Shown one piece after another: positions 60,949 through 64,000 of a DNA stretch of 64,000 nt. The stretch is from contig CAYOTP010000001.1 of NCBI GenBank assembly GCA_964406955.1, positions 5,240 through 69,239 on the forward strand. The letters run 5' to 3'. Origin of the DNA: an uncultured Thermoplasmatales archaeon (GTDB taxonomy: Archaea; Thermoplasmatota; E2; DHVEG-1). Under the pieces are notes generated by a model that had not been told where the DNA came from, did no database searches, and saw only the letters and a list, made by a program, of their open reading frames with translations. Position 1 is the stretch's first letter, and the number at the start of each line of letters is the position of its first letter. The position numbers and the translations under genes are program-made.

Positions 60949-62150
60949 GTATGATGATTGGAATTGTTGGAAAACCAAATGTGGGAAAATCAACGTTTTT
61001 TAATGCAGCTACTGAAGCACATGCTGAAATTGCAAATTATCCATTTACCACCATTGATGCAAATCATGGTGTCATGTATGTCCGTAAGCCCTGTCCTCAT
61101 CGAGATTTTGAGGTGATGTGCACGCCACATAATTCAAAATGCCTTGAAGGTGTAAGGTATGTCCCTATTGAAGCGTTGGATGTTGCAGGACTTGTTCCAG
61201 ATGCATTCAAAGGAAGGGGTTTGGGAAATAAGTTCCTTGACGAGCTCAGGCAAGCTCATGCATTGATTCATATTGTGGATGGATCGGGAAGCACTGATTC
61301 TGAAGGAAACCCGGTCAAGGCAGGAAGTTACGATCCACTTAATGATGTTGATTTCTTGGAAAAAGAAATCACGTATTGGTTGAAAGGAATTATTAAGAAA
61401 AGCTGGGAAAACATTGCAAGAAAAGCGCAACTTGAAGGGAAAAAAATAGATCGTTTACTTGCTGATCAGCTCACGGGCCTTGGGGTAAATGAATCTCATA
61501 TTCATTCAGCGATACGAAAAATACAGCTGAATACAGAGAAACCATCAAATTGGACCGATGATGAACTTTTGTCCCTTTCGGAATATATACGCAAGAAAAG
61601 TAAACCTATGATCATAGCGTTCAACAAGGTGGACATTGCTGGAGATGAAGCTATTGATAAGATCGAAGAAATCAAGAAAAGAGGTTATCGAGTAATTCCA
61701 ACGAGTGCTGAGGCTGAACTTGCATTAAGCAATGCTGCAAATCAAGATCTCATTGAGTATACTCCAGGAGAGAACAGATTTACCATTAAGGCAACTCATG
61801 ATTTAAGTGAAAAGCAACGTAGTGCACTTGAATATATCCAAACAAAGGTGCTTGATATGTTTGGTTCAACTGGTATTTATCGATGTATAGAGGAATCAGT
61901 TTCCATGCTTGATTTAATTGTTGTATATCCAGTTGAGGATGAACATCATCTTACAGATAAGGAAAAACGAGTGCTTCCTGATGCCTTTTTAATTCCTAAT
62001 GGGAGTACTGCCAAAGATTTAGCGTATAAAGTTCACACAGATATTGGTGATCATTTCATTCGTGCCATTGATGCAAGAACAAAAAGGGTCATTGGTGCAG
62101 ATCATAAACTTAACGATGGTGATGTGATCAGTATTATTGCTGATTCATGA
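60945..62150 (+). CDS. Obg-like (YchF/Drg-type) GTPase with NKxD specificity motif and C-terminal TGS domain
   Basis: G1 GIVGKPNVGKST directly at the N-terminus. DVAGL. G4 AFNKVD. C-terminal TGS-like beta-grasp (HKLNDGDVISIIA). ATGA overlap with the bactofilin-like gene. Confidence 0.7.
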   Translation: MSMMIGIVGKPNVGKSTFFNAATEAHAEIANYPFTTIDANHGVMYVRKPCPHRDFEVMCTPHNSKCLEGVRYVPIEALDVAGLVPDAFKGRGLGNKFLDELRQAHALIHIVDGSGSTDSEGNPVKAGSYDPLNDVDFLEKEITYWLKGIIKKSWENIARKAQLEGKKIDRLLADQLTGLGVNESHIHSAIRKIQLNTEKPSNWTDDELLSLSEYIRKKSKPMIIAFNKVDIAGDEAIDKIEEIKKRGYRVIPTSAEAELALSNAANQDLIEYTPGENRFTIKATHDLSEKQRSALEYIQTKVLDMFGSTGIYRCIEESVSMLDLIVVYPVEDEHHLTDKEKRVLPDAFLIPNGSTAKDLAYKVHTDIGDHFIRAIDARTKRVIGADHKLNDGDVISIIADS

Positions 62151-62396
62151 TCTTGAGCTAATAAGGTTCACACGTAGCTTCATACTCGCTTACCTTTGCA
62201 CCTACGTATTCGTCTGCGAATCATGTTTTTAAAACCCTTTTTCCATATCAGTGATGGGATCACTCTTCATTGCTCAGTTAATGAGTTTTTTAGGAGGAAG
62301 AATAAATTGCCGTACAAAAAATTTAATCCAAATCAGACATCACTCTCGCAGTTATTCAATCAGAACATTGATCTTCAGAATATTCCGTTGAAAACA

Positions 62397-62666
62397 ATGA
62401 AAGTTACTATTTATGCTCTTCGTTGGATATTTCTATTGATTTTTTTGTTCATCATTGTTGGTATCGTACTTTTGTTTGTCACTGGTGGCCAATCGTATAT
62501 TCAAGCTATCGTTGGTTACAGTATCACAGGTTTTTTCACTTTTTTCATGGGTTATTTTGGTTGGATCCTGGCACAAGGTATCATTGAGATGATCACAGGA
62601 AAAGAACCAAAAGAGGAAAAAACGTATTCTTATTTTTTCAGTAAGAAGGATCATTATCGATTTTAG
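62397..62666 (+). CDS. small membrane protein (2-3 TM helices)
   Basis: Start at the internal MKVTIYALRWIFLLIF. The upstream part of the tracked ORF looks noncoding. No family recognised. Confidence 0.35.
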   Translation: MKVTIYALRWIFLLIFLFIIVGIVLLFVTGGQSYIQAIVGYSITGFFTFFMGYFGWILAQGIIEMITGKEPKEEKTYSYFFSKKDHYRF

Positions 62667-62929
62667 TCGACTTGGGGTGATATAAATCCCATATTTTTTT
62701 GTTTTTCTACAAGTTTTTTCTACTATAAATTGTTAGTAAAACCATCCGTATAATATATTAGTCAAATGACACTTCAGTAAATTGATATCGCTGTTTTATT
62801 TTCAATCGATAACACTGTATTTGGTTAAAAGTGATTACACTTTACATTTTTTTCAAAAATAGGATTGATCGTGAAAATTGGAAAAGAAAAAAAGAAAAAA
62901 ATAAGATTATGAATTTTCTTAGCCATGCA

Positions 62930-63865
62930 TTAAGGTATGAGGACCTTATCTATGACGTGAATAATTCCATTGCTACAATGGATATCTGCTATTGTTACTT
63001 CTGCATCGTTGATGAATACTGTTTCATTAACAATACTAATTGTAATATCAGTTCCCTGGGTGGTTGTCACAGTCATATTATTACTAAGATCAGTTGATAA
63101 TACAATATCTGGAATTACATGATATAAGAGGATATCTGAAAGATTTGCAGTGTCATTGTTGATTAGATCAGATAAATATTCGCTGTCCAATTCTTCGAAA
63201 GCTTCATCTGTTGGTGCAAAAACAGTATATAGATTTGATTCATCACTTAGCGTGGTATCTAAATCTGCCGCGCTAACTGCCTCTACCAATGTATTGAAAT
63301 TTTCCGAAATTGCTGTTTCTACTATGTTATCCTGTGGGCTGAGTACGCTGTCAATAACATGAATAACTCCATTGCTACATTCGATATCTGCTGTTGTCAC
63401 AATGGCATCATTGATAGATACCGTCGCATCATCAATATTAATGTCAATATATTTTCCTTGTATTGTTTCCACTCTCATTTCATCACTGAGATCATCAGAT
63501 AAGGTTGTTCCAAGGATGACATGATACGTTAATATTTTCGTTAAGGTTTCAGTATCATTCTCAATTAGATCAGATAAATATTCGCTGTCCAATTCTTCGA
63601 AAGCTTCATCTGTTGGAGCAAAAACAGTGAATTCTTTTGATTCATCACTTAATGTCTCTTCGAGACCTGCAGCAAGAAGAGCGTCGATAAGTGTGTTGAA
63701 ATCATCGTGGTCCCTTGCAGTTTCTACAATATTTTTCACTTCTGGTTCATCATCTTCTTCCTCTACACATCCAGATAATGTAATTGCACTAAATGCCATT
63801 ACGATCATCAAGAAGCCGGCTATGAGTTTATTTATTTTACTTTTCATACTTTTCTCTCTCCTCAC
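62930..63865 (-). CDS. lipoprotein with two tandem fasciclin (FAS1) domains
   Basis: Lipobox-like LSGC after the signal peptide. Two copies of the FAS1 motifs (TVFAPTDEAF ... NGVIHVID / NGIIHVID). Acidic low-complexity linkers. Confidence 0.8.
   Translation of the reverse strand: MRREKSMKSKINKLIAGFLMIVMAFSAITLSGCVEEEDDEPEVKNIVETARDHDDFNTLIDALLAAGLEETLSDESKEFTVFAPTDEAFEELDSEYLSDLIENDTETLTKILTYHVILGTTLSDDLSDEMRVETIQGKYIDINIDDATVSINDAIVTTADIECSNGVIHVIDSVLSPQDNIVETAISENFNTLVEAVSAADLDTTLSDESNLYTVFAPTDEAFEELDSEYLSDLINNDTANLSDILLYHVIPDIVLSTDLSNNMTVTTTQGTDITISIVNETVFINDAEVTIADIHCSNGIIHVIDKVLIP
63163..63628. repeat. 64-nt near-identical direct repeat pair (63163-63226 and 63565-63628, 1 mismatch) inside the FAS1 gene
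   Basis: TTAGATCAGATAAATATTCGCTGTCCAATTCTTCGAAAGCTTCATCTGTTGG(T/A)GCAAAAACAGT occurs twice, 402 nt apart (one FAS1 domain length). Flanks are diverged copies. Confidence 0.9.
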
Positions 63866-64000
63866 TAATCTTTAAAATCTAATAAGAGTCATGCTATATA
63901 AATTATATAGTTTATATTGTTTCTAAGTTAATCTATTTATAATTTTATTAAAATATAATATTTTAATTATGATTATAAGTTGGATAAGACAATAGAGGGA

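Noticed and set aside
62151-62396. Inverted repeat ACGTAG...CTACGT and long upstream extension of the 62196 ORF
   Set aside because: Weak 6-bp stem with a 24-nt loop. The upstream part of the ORF (MHLRIRLRI...) looks like translated noncoding sequence, so the gene was started at the internal Met instead.

Overview
Low-GC (~37%), densely coded archaeal chromosomal segment with no IS elements, integrases or CRISPR arrays. Archaeal identity rests on archaeal/eukaryotic-type ribosomal proteins (eS4, eL19, eL32), aSUI1, Rpp29, RpoK, a CCA-adding class I enzyme, ArcTGT, deoxyhypusine synthase, MfnA and a PGF-CTERM surface protein.

Layout:
- 0.1-6.7 kb: housekeeping genes (TsaC/YrdC, MAP2, creatininase family, DHS, Memo-like, Hpt-like PRTase coupled to MfnA).
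- 6.7-10.2 kb: PRC-barrel protein and two secreted surface proteins. One has a PGF-CTERM sorting signal; the other has a ~260-aa K/E-rich tail.
- 10.4-25.8 kb: a long minus-strand run of M50 protease, TraB, uS2, RpoK, a 73-aa orphan ORF and the complete archaeal L3...L30 ribosomal-protein cluster. It also includes SUI1, Rpp29 and a zinc-type uS14 not in the ORF track.
- 26-29.6 kb: ICMT-like methyltransferase, two KaiC-like ATPases and a heavily N-glycosylatable class-III-signal-like surface protein.
- 29.7-39.3 kb: LeuC/LeuD-type dehydratase, gamma-CA-like protein, ArcTGT, PurH, and an RNA-end cluster (RNase H-like protein, CCA enzyme, ThpR).
- 39.4-48.8 kb: UbiA prenyltransferase, then a tightly packed minus-strand operon (ThiS, ThiF, long-form tungsten-type aldehyde:ferredoxin oxidoreductase, 4x[4Fe-4S] polyferredoxin, membrane protein, secreted protein). 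It is followed by two further paralogous secreted proteins whose shared domain looks like a sulfite-oxidase-family molybdopterin domain without the Mo-ligating Cys, plus a kinase-like gene and MobB. I think this is the most unusual part of the window.
- 48.5-54.2 kb: a bacterial-type repair operon (MBL hydrolase, wHTH-riboflavin kinase, PolX-PHP, NAD-dependent LigA, Cys-rich miniprotein).
- 54.2-55.1 kb: an 870-bp noncoding gap with a C/D-box-like motif.
- 55.1-64 kb: a secreted clan-CD (C25-like) cysteine peptidase converging on a secreted N-rich/Ig-like protein; tRNA-Pro(UGG); CPBP protease; Ndk; a double bactofilin-like protein coupled to an Obg-like GTPase; and a tandem FAS1 lipoprotein carrying a 64-nt direct DNA repeat.

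All functional calls come from reading the translated motifs. No database search was run.
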